Source of the DNA: an uncultured Acidimicrobiaceae bacterium
Lineage (GTDB): Bacteria > Actinomycetota > Acidimicrobiia > Acidimicrobiales > RAAP-2
DNA: 64,000 bases
Assembly (NCBI GenBank): GCA_963843365.1
Contig: CAWJKG010000006.1
Span: 245,964-309,963 of the forward strand
Direction: 5' to 3'
The translations under genes were made by a program, and so were the position numbers. Of this stretch, positions 26,551 to 36,044 are shown piece after piece; position 1 is the stretch's first letter; every line of letters starts with the position of its first letter. The notes under the pieces were generated by a model. It was not told where the DNA came from. It saw only the letters and a program-made list of their open reading frames with translations, and did no database searches.

Positions 26551-27075
26551 TCACGAAAGGTCGACATCGACCGCAAGCCCCTTCGAGGCGAGGTCGACGC
26601 AGCGGTTGTCCTCGGCGTAGCGGAGCCCCTGCACGTTGAACAGGCGGACCTCGGGGCCTTCGATCGGGAACGGTCCCCAGTGCCACGTGCCCTGGTGGAG
26701 CACGAGCGACTCCAGGGGCTCGATGCGGAAGGCCCGGATGGTCGCCGCCTCCCCCTCGTTCTCGAATTCGACGGCGGCGGGCGCCACGACTATCACGGCA
26801 GGCACGTTGAGCGGCATGAGAGCCTGCGTGTGGGTGTCGTGCCGGAAGAGCATCTCGCAACGGAGGCCGTGGGGGGTCTTTGGCACTTCGTCCAGCGTGT
26901 GGCCGATCAGGTTCACGTGGGCGTCGGCCCACTCGAAGGTCATCGTCTCCTTGCCGTCGGTCGGGTCGACATCGGCGACCGGCAGCCAGCCGAAGGGCGA
27001 CCAGGCTTCGGCCGTCAGCGGCCCGGGCACGATCGACTCTTCTCTGTTGTCTCTCTTCGGTGCGTCTGGGGACAT
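26551..27075 (-). CDS. ureidoglycolate lyase/hydrolase-family protein
   Basis: Motifs: LTAEAWSPFGWL, LFRHDTHTQALMPL, AFRIEP...LHQGTWHWGPF. Confidence 0.6.
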   Translation of the reverse strand: MSPDAPKRDNREESIVPGPLTAEAWSPFGWLPVADVDPTDGKETMTFEWADAHVNLIGHTLDEVPKTPHGLRCEMLFRHDTHTQALMPLNVPAVIVVAPAAVEFENEGEAATIRAFRIEPLESLVLHQGTWHWGPFPIEGPEVRLFNVQGLRYAEDNRCVDLASKGLAVDVDLS

Positions 27076-27139
27076 TGCTCGTTCTCGTTTCCCGGCCGGC
27101 GCCAGGGGCGGTGCACCCCTGTGGCAACGCGGCCTAACC

Positions 27140-27153
27140 TGACACCGGAGTCA
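27140..27153. promoter_or_regulatory. TGAC-N6-GTCA palindrome (site D)
   Basis: TGACACCGGAGTCA, preceded by AACC. It lies in the divergent region between 27075 (-) and 27182 (+). Confidence 0.4.
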
Positions 27154-27181
27154 GTCTAGGAAACCTTGGGAGGCCAGCAGG

Positions 27182-27565
27182 ATGGACGTGCGCAGCATTG
27201 AAGCCAAGGCACCGGTCGTCGAGCACAACGGAACCGTCCCGGTCTGGTGGATGATCGAGTCCCGTGAATTCAAGGACATCACTGACGGGGGCTTCCTGGA
27301 GCTGGTGAACGAGTTCGAAGTCCCAGGTGGCGGCCTGGTCGACCCCCACTCGCATCCGACCCACGAGTTCTATTACGTCATGAACGGGAAGGGCATCATG
27401 ACGATCGACGGGGAGGACCGGCCCATCTCCCAGGGCGACCTCGTGTACATCCCGCCGGACAAGGTCCACTCGCTTCGCCCGATCAGCGACCACGCCCCGA
27501 TCCACTGCTTCTGCTTCGCCATCGGCGTGAAGGGCGCAGGCGCCATCAACTACACGACGCACTAG
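27182..27565 (+). CDS. cupin-domain protein
   Basis: Motifs: GGLVDPHSHPTHEFYYVMNGKG, GDLVYIPPDKVHSL. Confidence 0.75.
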   Translation: MDVRSIEAKAPVVEHNGTVPVWWMIESREFKDITDGGFLELVNEFEVPGGGLVDPHSHPTHEFYYVMNGKGIMTIDGEDRPISQGDLVYIPPDKVHSLRPISDHAPIHCFCFAIGVKGAGAINYTTH

Positions 27566-28531
27566 GTGGCCCGCGTCCTCGTCACCCGTCCGCTGACCGA
27601 GGGCGGGACCGACCCGCTCGTCGAGGCGGGCCACGAAATCGTCATCCGCGGGGACGGGACTCCGCTCACACCCGAAGAGCTCGCCCGTCAGGCTGCGGAA
27701 TGCGACGGGATCGTCTGCCATCTGACCGATCGGATCGACCCGGCGGTGCTGGAGTCGGGACGCAACGGGAAGCTCCGGGTCGTCGCCAACGCGGCGGTGG
27801 GCTACGACAACATCGACGTCGCCGCCGCCACGGCTCTGGGTATCACGGTCTGCAACACCCCTGGCGTGCTGGACGACACCACGGCGGACCTGGCGTTTCT
27901 GCTGATCCTCGCCGCAACCCGGCAGGCGACCGACGCGGAGCGTGACCTCCGCGAGGGGCGCTGGACGGGCTGGGGATTCGGGACCCATCTTGCCCGCGAC
28001 GTGCACGGAGCAACGCTCGGACTGGTCGGCTTCGGGCGCATCGCCCGTGCCGTGGCGCGGCGGGCGTCGGGGTTCGACATGGAGGTCCTCCACACCACAC
28101 GCCACGACACGGGCGAGCCGGGCTTCACCCCGTCGCTCGACGAGTTGCTGGAGCGATCGGACATCGTGAGCCTCCACGTCCCCCTGAGCGAGGCCACACG
28201 GCACCTGATCGGGGCGGCCGAGCTGGCCCGCATGAAGCCGACGTCGGTCCTGATCAATACGGCGAGGGGCCCGGTCGTCGACGAGGATGCGCTGGCGGAC
28301 GCGCTCGAATCAGGCTCCATCTATGGAGCCGGGCTCGACGTCTTCGACGGCGAGCCGAAGATCAACCCGCGCCTGCTCAGTGCACCGCGCACGACCCTCC
28401 TTCCTCACATCGGCAGTGCAACTATCGCGACACGGACGCGCATGGCCCGCCTTGCCTGCCAAGGGGTGTGTGACGTCCTGGCTGGCAGGACGCCGCCGAA
28501 CATCGTCCTGCCGAAACCGCAACCCTCATAG
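27566..28531 (+). CDS. D-2-hydroxyacid dehydrogenase (glyoxylate/hydroxypyruvate reductase type)
   Basis: GTG start directly after the cupin stop. NAD motif GLVGFGRIARAVARRA, and LINTARGPVVDE, PHIGSAT. Confidence 0.85.
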   Translation: MARVLVTRPLTEGGTDPLVEAGHEIVIRGDGTPLTPEELARQAAECDGIVCHLTDRIDPAVLESGRNGKLRVVANAAVGYDNIDVAAATALGITVCNTPGVLDDTTADLAFLLILAATRQATDAERDLREGRWTGWGFGTHLARDVHGATLGLVGFGRIARAVARRASGFDMEVLHTTRHDTGEPGFTPSLDELLERSDIVSLHVPLSEATRHLIGAAELARMKPTSVLINTARGPVVDEDALADALESGSIYGAGLDVFDGEPKINPRLLSAPRTTLLPHIGSATIATRTRMARLACQGVCDVLAGRTPPNIVLPKPQPS

Positions 28532-28639
28532 CGACGACAGTTCTCCTCCGAGCCCCTACGGCGCGGTAATGCCCCGCGACGTCCAACGATACGATCCGGC
28601 TGTTCTTCGGTGGGCTCTCCGCATTGGAGGGAGGTGGCG

Positions 28640-31615
28640 GTGCAGACGGTCCGGGGTTACACCGCTGCCGCGTTGGCGGCGACAGTCGTCATCGGTCTCG
28701 TGGGAGTGGTCGGTGGTCCGTTGTCGACTCCCGCCTTCGCTGCAGGTGCAACCCCGAACTGGCAGACGGCCGCCAGCTACACGCCACTGGCCAACGTCCG
28801 GGCGGTCTCCTGCGCGCCGGGAACCACGACCTGCGTCGCGGTGGGCGACGACGGTGGCCACGTCGCTTCCATCATCGTGTCGGAGAACGACGGCACAACG
28901 TGGGCTCGTGCGACCCCACCCTCCGGCGTGACGACGCTGTCGGCCGTGTCGTGCCCATCGTCCGCCGTCTGCTACGCCGGCGGAGGATCTGGACTTATGA
29001 AGTCGACCGACGGCGGGGAGACGTGGACCGTTCAGGATGCGACGTTTCCGGCCCAGTCGATCTCGTGTTTCACGATCGACGAGTGCACGGCAGTCGGTGG
29101 ATCGGACATCGTTCACACGTCGGACGGATCTAGCTGGGGCGCTCAAACGGCCCCAACTGAGACCGACACCCTAGACGGCGTCTCATGCCCCAACTCGCTG
29201 ACTTGTGTTGCGGTTGGGACGATCGATAACACTCCCGCGATCCTGGGTGAGAACAGCGGTCCGTGGAGTGTTCTGGATCAACCGTTGATCACGTCTCTGT
29301 CCGGTGTGTCCTGCTTCTCACCTTCAGTTTGCACTGTTGTCGGAATCGGCACCGCTGGCGGAGAAACGGCTCTCAGCACAACAGATGGAGGCGGTTCATG
29401 GATCGCCCCTAGTTCGATACCCAATGGCAAACAACTCAACGGTGTGGACTGCACGAGCGAAACCACGTGCGTGGCTGTTGGTTCCAATCTCAGCTCGACT
29501 CCCTATGTCGTCAGCACATCCAACAACGGATCGACCTGGTCTCTCCAGAGCGCGCCAAGCAATGCTGTCGATCTCACCGGCATCTCCTGCTCGGATCCCA
29601 ACCACTGCGTCGGAGTTGGAAGTTCTGGCAAACCCGGAACCGGGTCCACCATCATGAATACCGGGTCGGCCGGAAACTCATGGACTGCGCAGAGCCCACC
29701 GCCAGGGACAAGTGGATTGAAGTCCGTTTCGTGCCCCACCACGGTCGACTGCTTTGCGGTCGGAATCGATACGGTCCTCGCCTCGTTCAACGAAGGCGAC
29801 GCGTGGAGCCAGCAGACAATCCCCGCCGTCGTCAATGGCCTGAACGGAATCTCGTGTGCCACGCCGGCAAATTGCACGGCAGTCGGATTCGGCATCTTCG
29901 GCAGTCCGATCATCATCGGAACGACAGACGGTGGCGTCAATTGGACGTCCGAGACTGTCCCCGCCGGGGTCGGCATCCTCACCTCGGTGTCCTGTGCGAG
30001 CGCCGCGGTCTGTGTGGCTGTGAGCGACTTCGGCACATCCGCACCGAGCATTGTCGCCACGGCCAACGGCGGCGCCACGTGGGCGACCGAGCCGTATCCA
30101 GGGATCGTCACCAACTTCACGGGTGTCTCGTGTCCCGATTCCCTCCACTGCACCGCCGTCGGGCTGTCGTCCGGCGGCCCCAGCGCGGTCATCCTCGCGA
30201 CGGACAACGGCGGGTCGAGCTGGGCCTCGCAGATGGCGCCGGCCGGCATGACCGGGCTCGACGGAATCTCGTGCAGCAGCGACTCCACCTGCCTTGCCGT
30301 CGGCCCTCATGTCATCGGGACGACCGATGGTGGAGCCGTGTGGAATGACCTCGGCGCACCCGCCGGAACAACGGTGTTGCAATCCGTCAGCTGCCTGAAC
30401 TCCTCGGTCTGCACCGCGGTCGGAGGCGCCAGCATTCTCGTGACCAGTGATGGCGGGGCGGCCTGGTCCAGCCAGGCAACACCGGCCGGGGTCGCGGCTC
30501 TCTCCGGGGTCGCGTGCGCCAGCCCGGTCAACTGCGAGGCTGTCGGGAGCGGCAGCAACTTCGGCGGCATCATCGTCACGCTGACGGCGCCGCCGACCAT
30601 CACGACATCGAGCCTCACGACCGGGACCATCGGTGTGCCCTACTCCGCCTCGCTGTCCGCCGGCGGTGGGTTGGCGCCCTACTCCTGGGCCGTCATCGCG
30701 GGTGGATTGCCGCCGGGTGTCCACCTGGCCGCTGACGGTGTCCTCAGTGGGACGCCCACCATCTCGGGGCACTATTCGGCCACCTTCAGCGTCACGGATT
30801 CGAACTTCTTGTCGAGCACCGCCACCCTCGTCATCTCCGTCCAACCCATCGGCGCCCCTGGATACTGGGAGGTCGCCAGCGATGGCGGCATCTTCAGCTT
30901 CGGCGGCGCCGGGTTCTACGGCTCCACCGGCAGCCTCCACCTGAACGCCCCGATCGTCGGCATGGCCGCCACGCCCGACGATGCCGGCTACTGGCTGCTC
31001 GCCTCCGACGGCGGCATCTTCGCCTTCGGGGACGCCGTGTTCTATGGCTCCACCGGCGGCATGCATCTCAACGCGCCGATTGTGGGCATGTCGCCGACAC
31101 CCGACGGTGACGGATACTGGCTCGTCGCGTCCGACGGTGGGATCTTCTCCTTCGGCGACGCCAACTTCTTTGGTTCGACCGGTGGTCTGGCGCTCGACAA
31201 GCCGATCGTCGGCATGGCTCCGACCTTCGACGGGAACGGCTACTGGCTCGTAGCGTCGGACGGAGGGATCTTCAGCTACGGCGACGCCGCTTTCTACGGC
31301 TCGACCGGCGGTCTCCCGTTGCAGAAGCCGATCGTGGGCATGACGACGGCGCCCGACGGCAGCGGGTACTGGCTGGTGGCATCCGACGGGGGGATGTTCA
31401 ACTTCGGGAACGTGGCGTACTTCGGATCTACCGGAGGGGCGCCGCTCAGTGCGCCGGTGGTGGGCATGGACCGGACCGCGGACGGACAGGGGTACTGGAT
31501 GGTCGCACGTGACGGCGGAATCTTCGCCTTCGGCGACGCCAACTTCTACGGTTCGACCGGCGGGGTTCGCCTGAATCGGCCCATCGTGGGGATGGTGGCG
31601 ATCCAGTCGTTGTAG
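28640..31615 (+). CDS. secreted multi-domain repeat protein: about 12 Cys-pair/Asp-box blades, an Ig-like (He_PIG-type) domain and a six-blade GYWLVASDGG propeller
   Basis: Probable GTG start at 28640 after GGAGGGAGG; ORF-track ATG at 28610. Signal peptide ...GGPLSTPAFA/AG. See the two repeat features. The Ig-like segment is LTTGTIGVPYSASLSAGGGLAPYSWAVIAGGLPPGV...LSGTPT. Confidence 0.8.
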   Translation: MQTVRGYTAAALAATVVIGLVGVVGGPLSTPAFAAGATPNWQTAASYTPLANVRAVSCAPGTTTCVAVGDDGGHVASIIVSENDGTTWARATPPSGVTTLSAVSCPSSAVCYAGGGSGLMKSTDGGETWTVQDATFPAQSISCFTIDECTAVGGSDIVHTSDGSSWGAQTAPTETDTLDGVSCPNSLTCVAVGTIDNTPAILGENSGPWSVLDQPLITSLSGVSCFSPSVCTVVGIGTAGGETALSTTDGGGSWIAPSSIPNGKQLNGVDCTSETTCVAVGSNLSSTPYVVSTSNNGSTWSLQSAPSNAVDLTGISCSDPNHCVGVGSSGKPGTGSTIMNTGSAGNSWTAQSPPPGTSGLKSVSCPTTVDCFAVGIDTVLASFNEGDAWSQQTIPAVVNGLNGISCATPANCTAVGFGIFGSPIIIGTTDGGVNWTSETVPAGVGILTSVSCASAAVCVAVSDFGTSAPSIVATANGGATWATEPYPGIVTNFTGVSCPDSLHCTAVGLSSGGPSAVILATDNGGSSWASQMAPAGMTGLDGISCSSDSTCLAVGPHVIGTTDGGAVWNDLGAPAGTTVLQSVSCLNSSVCTAVGGASILVTSDGGAAWSSQATPAGVAALSGVACASPVNCEAVGSGSNFGGIIVTLTAPPTITTSSLTTGTIGVPYSASLSAGGGLAPYSWAVIAGGLPPGVHLAADGVLSGTPTISGHYSATFSVTDSNFLSSTATLVISVQPIGAPGYWEVASDGGIFSFGGAGFYGSTGSLHLNAPIVGMAATPDDAGYWLLASDGGIFAFGDAVFYGSTGGMHLNAPIVGMSPTPDGDGYWLVASDGGIFSFGDANFFGSTGGLALDKPIVGMAPTFDGNGYWLVASDGGIFSYGDAAFYGSTGGLPLQKPIVGMTTAPDGSGYWLVASDGGMFNFGNVAYFGSTGGAPLSAPVVGMDRTADGQGYWMVARDGGIFAFGDANFYGSTGGVRLNRPIVGMVAIQSL
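28789..30590 (+). repeat. about 12 tandem coding repeats of ~45-50 aa: L.GVSC-x5-C.AVG followed by S/T-x-DGG-x-(T/S)W (BNR/Asp-box-like)
   Basis: Examples: VRAVSCAPGTTTCVAVG...SENDGTTWA, LSAVSCPSSAVCYAGG...STDGGETWT, LTSVSCASAAVCVAVS...TANGGATWA, LSGVACASPVNCEAVG. Confidence 0.75.
30860..31612 (+). repeat. six tandem ~41-42-aa coding repeats: GYW(L/M)VA(S/R)DGGIF.FGDA.F(Y/F)GSTGG..LN.PIVGM
   Basis: Read directly from the translation. The same six-repeat module ends the protein at 46421..48361. Confidence 0.85.
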
Positions 31616-31655
31616 TCCTGTCGCCGGCGGCGCCCCGGTGAGCGCCCCGACCCGA

Positions 31656-32174
31656 TCACCAATCCGTCGAATGCGCGAGCGTGCGCTCCAGAATGCCCAG
31701 CGTCGCCCGGAGAGCCGACTCGGGGATGATCGGGAAGATGTTCGCTTCTTTCCACTGTGGGTCGATCGTCGACCAGTCGTAGTACGAGGTGACCAGCGTG
31801 CCGTTCTCCGCCGGTTCGAGCCGGTATCCGTAGACGTGACCGATCTGCGGCTTGATCTGACCCTCAATCGTCCACGCGATCTCCCGGTCCTGCTCGAACG
31901 TGGTGATGTGGACCGTGACGTCGTAGCGACCCATCGGGAAGTCATTGAGCGCCTCGCGGTCCATGTGGATCACGAACTCGTCACCGACCCTCGAGGCGGG
32001 CACGCCGGTCCAGTCCATCAACATGCCCGAGCTGTCGATCGTCACATGACCTCGGGGATCACTGAGCAGAGCGAAGATACGGGCCGCCTCGTAGGGAATG
32101 GTCCGGACGACTTCCATGCGCTCGACGACGGCACCGTCGTCGTCCTCCCCAGCGGCCGCAGCCTCGTCATTCAT
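31656..32174 (-). CDS. SRPBCC-family protein
   Basis: Start taken at MNDEAAAAGEDDD; 32207 is also possible. Motif: VVRTIPYEAARIFALLSDPRGHVTIDSSG. Confidence 0.6.
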   Translation of the reverse strand: MNDEAAAAGEDDDGAVVERMEVVRTIPYEAARIFALLSDPRGHVTIDSSGMLMDWTGVPASRVGDEFVIHMDREALNDFPMGRYDVTVHITTFEQDREIAWTIEGQIKPQIGHVYGYRLEPAENGTLVTSYYDWSTIDPQWKEANIFPIIPESALRATLGILERTLAHSTDW

Positions 32175-32237
32175 GACCGCATTGTCGCACCCGGTTGAGC
32201 GACGCACATCCGGGACGGCCGTGAGCGGCCGAGCGGA

Positions 32238-32888
32238 TCAGCCGGCGTCGCCCCTTCGCACCAGCGAAGCGTCCAGATGGAGCAATTCGACCGTCGTCGA
32301 TCCGGCCCGCAACGCCTCGAAGAACCCCGCCTCCTTGGCCTCCCGTGCGGCCCCGGCGGCCAGCACGTCATCGATCATGTCCGCCGCCACGAAGGCCACG
32401 CCGTCGACGTCGGCCACCACCCAGTCCCCAGCCGCCACCTCGACTCCACCCACCCGCACCGGGACACCCACGGTCCCCGGCTTGTCCTTGCTCGCCCCCG
32501 TCAGGGCGATCGTGGCCGAGAACACGGGGAACCCGTGCGCCTCGAGTGCCGCCACGTCACGGACCCCGCCATCGAGGACCAACCCGGCCAGTCCGGCGGC
32601 CTCGGCCGCCGTCGTCAGCACCTCGCCCCAATAGCCGCGGTCGGCCACCTGCCCCACATCGACCACCAGGACACTGCCCCGTGGCGCCGTCGTCACCGCC
32701 ACGTGCACGGCCAGGTTGTCTCCCGGTGTACAGCCCACGGGATAGGCCGGAGCAGCCAGCGTGGCGCCGGGCCAGGCCGGACGCAGGCGGCGGTGGGCCG
32801 CCCGGCCTCCCGACTCGCCGAGGGTGGCGGCGCCGAGCCGCGCCAGGGCGGCCGCCACGTCTCCGGAAGCGCTGCTCGTCGTGCTCAC
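32238..32888 (-). CDS. RraA-family protein (RNase E regulator / 4-hydroxy-4-methyl-2-oxoglutarate aldolase-like)
   Basis: GTG start 8 nt after GAGGAGG. Motifs: GSVLVVDVGQVADRGYWGEVLTTAAEAAGLAGLVLDGGVRD, GDWVVADVDGVAFV. Confidence 0.7.
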   Translation of the reverse strand: MSTTSSASGDVAAALARLGAATLGESGGRAAHRRLRPAWPGATLAAPAYPVGCTPGDNLAVHVAVTTAPRGSVLVVDVGQVADRGYWGEVLTTAAEAAGLAGLVLDGGVRDVAALEAHGFPVFSATIALTGASKDKPGTVGVPVRVGGVEVAAGDWVVADVDGVAFVAADMIDDVLAAGAAREAKEAGFFEALRAGSTTVELLHLDASLVRRGDAG

Positions 32889-33001
32889 GTCGTCATCCTC
32901 CTCTATCCGAACCCTCATCGTCATTGAATAGCCCGCATGAAACCATCGGGCGGGGGTCCCGCACCAGCCCACGTCCTACACTCCTGCCCGTGTCCGACGA
33001 G

Positions 33002-33712
33002 ATGCTCATCGTCACGCAGGTCGCGCCGTACGCCGACGGCCCGGCCGGGGTGCACGGCGTGCTGGGGCAGGCCGCCACCGGCTTGTCCGAGCTGGCCCGC
33101 ATGCACCGCCTCTCCCCCGCCGTCATCGCCGACGTGGCGGACCTGTCGCCCGACCGGCTGGCGGCCGCTCACGTCCTGGCACTGTTCACCATCGGCGAGA
33201 CGCCCTGGTCCCCCCAACAGCGAGAGGCAATCCACCGCTCGTGGCAATCGGGCACGATGCGCGTCCTCGGCGTGCACTCCGCCACCGATGCCAACCACGG
33301 CTGGCCCGAGTACGGCCCGATCCTCGGGGCCCGCTTCGACGGGCATCCCTGGACGCAGGACTTCGCCATCGACGTCGTCGACGCCGACCACCCCGCGACC
33401 GCCCACCTGGGCCCGCAGTGGCAATGGCGAGATGAGGTCTACCTCTTCACCGCCCTCCGACCCGATGCCCGCGTCCTGCTCCGGCTGGCCGACGACCAGG
33501 TGGACCTGTCCGTGCCCGGCGGGCGGGTGCCCGACTGCGGTTTCCCCCTCGCCTGGACCGTCGAGGACGGCGACGCCCGCACCTTCTACAGCGCCCTCGG
33601 CCATTTCCCCGGGGCGTGGGAAACGCCGGCCTATCTGCAGCACCTGGCGGGCGGCCTCGCCTGGCTGACCATGCTCGGCACCGTGCAGACGGGCGCCACC
33701 CCGAGCGCCTAG
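33002..33712 (+). CDS. ThuA-domain (trehalose-utilisation-like) protein
   Basis: C-terminal signature: DEVYLFTAL...FPLAWTVEDGDARTFYSALGH...LAGGLAWL. The start is ATG 33002 or GTG 32990. Confidence 0.6.
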   Translation: MLIVTQVAPYADGPAGVHGVLGQAATGLSELARMHRLSPAVIADVADLSPDRLAAAHVLALFTIGETPWSPQQREAIHRSWQSGTMRVLGVHSATDANHGWPEYGPILGARFDGHPWTQDFAIDVVDADHPATAHLGPQWQWRDEVYLFTALRPDARVLLRLADDQVDLSVPGGRVPDCGFPLAWTVEDGDARTFYSALGHFPGAWETPAYLQHLAGGLAWLTMLGTVQTGATPSA

Positions 33713-33722
33713 CCTGACGCCC

Positions 33723-34778
33723 ATGTCATCGCTTCCGGAGGTGATGGCTGCGGCCGTCTACCAGTCACCCGGCGTCATCACGGTGGAGGACCGCGCCGTC
33801 CCCCGCCCGGGACCGGACCAGGTCGTCGTCCGGGTCCATTCGTGCGGCATCTGCGGCTCCGACATCCACCAGCTGCGTGACGGCTGGGGCTTCACGCCGG
33901 GCGCCGTCGCCGGCCATGAATGGAGCGGCACGATCGCCGCCGTGGGCGACGAGGTCATTGGATGGGAGGTGGGCGAGCTCGTCGTGGGCGGCCCCGGGGC
34001 GCGTTGCGGCACCTGCCGGCGCTGCCGCCAGGGCAAGCCGTCGCAGTGCGAGAACCGGGCCAGCATGTCGGGAGAACAGGCGGACGGCGCCTTCGCCGAG
34101 TACATCCGCTGCCGCGCCGCCGGCGTCCTGCGCCTCCCCGCCGGCCTGTCACCCCGCCACGCCGCCCTGGCCGAGCCGCTCTCGGTGGCCCTGCACGGCA
34201 TCACGCGCTCGGGCGTGGCGCCCGGTGACCGCGTGATGGTGTTCGGCGCCGGCCCCATCGGCGCCCTCACCGTGGCCGCGCTGCACGCCATGGGGATCAC
34301 CGACATCACGGTGGTGGAGCCGCACGAGGGGCGCCGTCGCCTGGCGGCCGACCTCGGGGTGACCGCCCTGGTCCACCCCGAGGAGCTCGAGGTCTTCCCG
34401 CCCTGGGAGCCCGAACGCATGTCGTCGCACGCCGTCGACGTCGTCCTCGAGTGCTCGGGCCATCGGGCCGCCATCGAGGCGGGCTTCAGCCAGGTGGCCC
34501 GGGGCGGCATTCTGGTGATGGTGGGTGCCGGCATCGACCATCCGCAGTTCGACATCAACCGCATGATCCTCAACGAGCTCACCGTGACCGGCTCCTTCGT
34601 CTACGACCAGGGGGGCTTCGAACGGGCGCTGGAGCTCCTCGCCTCGGACGGGTTCCCCGCGGATCTGCTCATCGATCCGGCCGACATCCCGCTCACGGCC
34701 ATCGGGGACACGTTGGAGGCACTCGCCGCAGGCCGGATCGCCGGCAAGGTCATGGTCGTACCGGAGGTGCAGTCCTGA
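33723..34778 (+). CDS. zinc-dependent alcohol dehydrogenase (MDR family)
   Basis: Motifs: VRVHSCGICGSDIH, GHEWSG, the structural-Zn block CGTCRRCRQGKPSQC, GAGPIGAL. Confidence 0.85.
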   Translation: MSSLPEVMAAAVYQSPGVITVEDRAVPRPGPDQVVVRVHSCGICGSDIHQLRDGWGFTPGAVAGHEWSGTIAAVGDEVIGWEVGELVVGGPGARCGTCRRCRQGKPSQCENRASMSGEQADGAFAEYIRCRAAGVLRLPAGLSPRHAALAEPLSVALHGITRSGVAPGDRVMVFGAGPIGALTVAALHAMGITDITVVEPHEGRRRLAADLGVTALVHPEELEVFPPWEPERMSSHAVDVVLECSGHRAAIEAGFSQVARGGILVMVGAGIDHPQFDINRMILNELTVTGSFVYDQGGFERALELLASDGFPADLLIDPADIPLTAIGDTLEALAAGRIAGKVMVVPEVQS

Positions 34779-35239
34779 TGGCCCATCCCTTCTACCCCTC
34801 GGGGAATCCCCGCTTCAATCACGTCGCCATGTCGCTCCCGGCCGACCTGCTGAATGCCACCAACCGGGCCGACGTGTGCCGCTTCTTCGACGAGGTCATG
34901 GGCTTCACCGAAATGGAGGTGATGACCGAGGACCGGCATCGCCTGATCATGAGCTGCGTGCACTGGGACCAATTCATCTTCCTCATCGCCGAGGACGACC
35001 CGATGCGCTGCCCCCGCATGGACCACTACGGCTTCTCCGTCGGCTCTCTCGACGAGCTGCGCGGGCTGCAGGAGCGGGCGGAGGCCTTCCGCAAGTCCGA
35101 CGACCGCATGGAACTCATCGACCTGCACGTCGACGACCAGCAGGTGGTGAAGATCCACTCGCTGTACGTGCGCTACCTGTTGCCGATGACGATCGAGTTC
35201 CAGTACTGGGAATTCCCGGAGCCGGCTCAGGCCAACTGA
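34778..35239 (+). CDS. VOC (glyoxalase/bleomycin-resistance/dioxygenase) family protein
   Basis: The ATG overlaps the ADH stop (TGATG). Motifs: FNHVAMSLP, HYGFSV. Confidence 0.6.
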   Translation: MAHPFYPSGNPRFNHVAMSLPADLLNATNRADVCRFFDEVMGFTEMEVMTEDRHRLIMSCVHWDQFIFLIAEDDPMRCPRMDHYGFSVGSLDELRGLQERAEAFRKSDDRMELIDLHVDDQQVVKIHSLYVRYLLPMTIEFQYWEFPEPAQAN

Positions 35240-35243
35240 GGCA

Positions 35244-36044
35244 ATGCCGGCGCGCTTCCTCGCCCTGCACACGCCGGGCTCGCCGCTGCTGATGCCCAAC
35301 GCATGGGACATCGGCTCCGCCCGGCTGTTCGCCACGCTCGGCTTCGACGCCATCGCCACCACGAGCGGCGGCTTCGCGGCGACCAGGGGACGACTGGACG
35401 GCGCCATGACCAAGGAGGAGGTCCTGGCCCACGCCGGAGACCTGGCCGGCGCAGTCGACGTGCCCGTGTCCGCCGACCTCGAGAACTGCTTCGCCCACGA
35501 CCCCGAGGGCGTGGCCGACACCATCACCTCGGCCATCGGGGTGGGACTGGCGGGCGGGTCGGTGGAGGATTTCACCGGTGACCGGGACGCGCCGATTTAC
35601 GAGCTGGCGCAGGCGGCCGAGCGGGTGCGAGCGGCGGCCGAGGCCGCCCACGGCGGTCCCGCCCCGTTCGTCTTGACGGCGCGGGCCGAGAACTACCTGC
35701 ACGGACGGGAGGACCTGGCCGACACCATCGCCCGGCTGCAGGCCTTCCAGGAGGCGGGCGCCGACGTGCTCTTCGCTCCCCGGGTGGTGGACCCGTCGGA
35801 CCTGCGTTCGGTGCTGGCGTCGGTGGACCGTCCCCTGAGCGTGCTGGCGCTGCCCGGCGCCCCCACGGTGGGCGAGCTGGCTGCGCTCGGCGTCAGCCGG
35901 ATCTCGGTGGGAGGGGCGATCGCCGTCGCCGCCTACGGCGCCGCCGTCCAGGCCGTGACCGAGCTGCGCGACGAGGGCACCTACGGCTATTGGGATCTGG
36001 CCGCGGCGGCCCGCCCCGTGATCGCCGACGCCTTCAGTCGCTGA
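35244..36044 (+). CDS. isocitrate lyase/PEP mutase-family protein (2-methylisocitrate lyase-like)
   Basis: Motifs: LLMPNAWDIGSARL, DAIATTSGG, VSADLENCF, GGSVED. Confidence 0.75.
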   Translation: MPARFLALHTPGSPLLMPNAWDIGSARLFATLGFDAIATTSGGFAATRGRLDGAMTKEEVLAHAGDLAGAVDVPVSADLENCFAHDPEGVADTITSAIGVGLAGGSVEDFTGDRDAPIYELAQAAERVRAAAEAAHGGPAPFVLTARAENYLHGREDLADTIARLQAFQEAGADVLFAPRVVDPSDLRSVLASVDRPLSVLALPGAPTVGELAALGVSRISVGGAIAVAAYGAAVQAVTELRDEGTYGYWDLAAAARPVIADAFSR

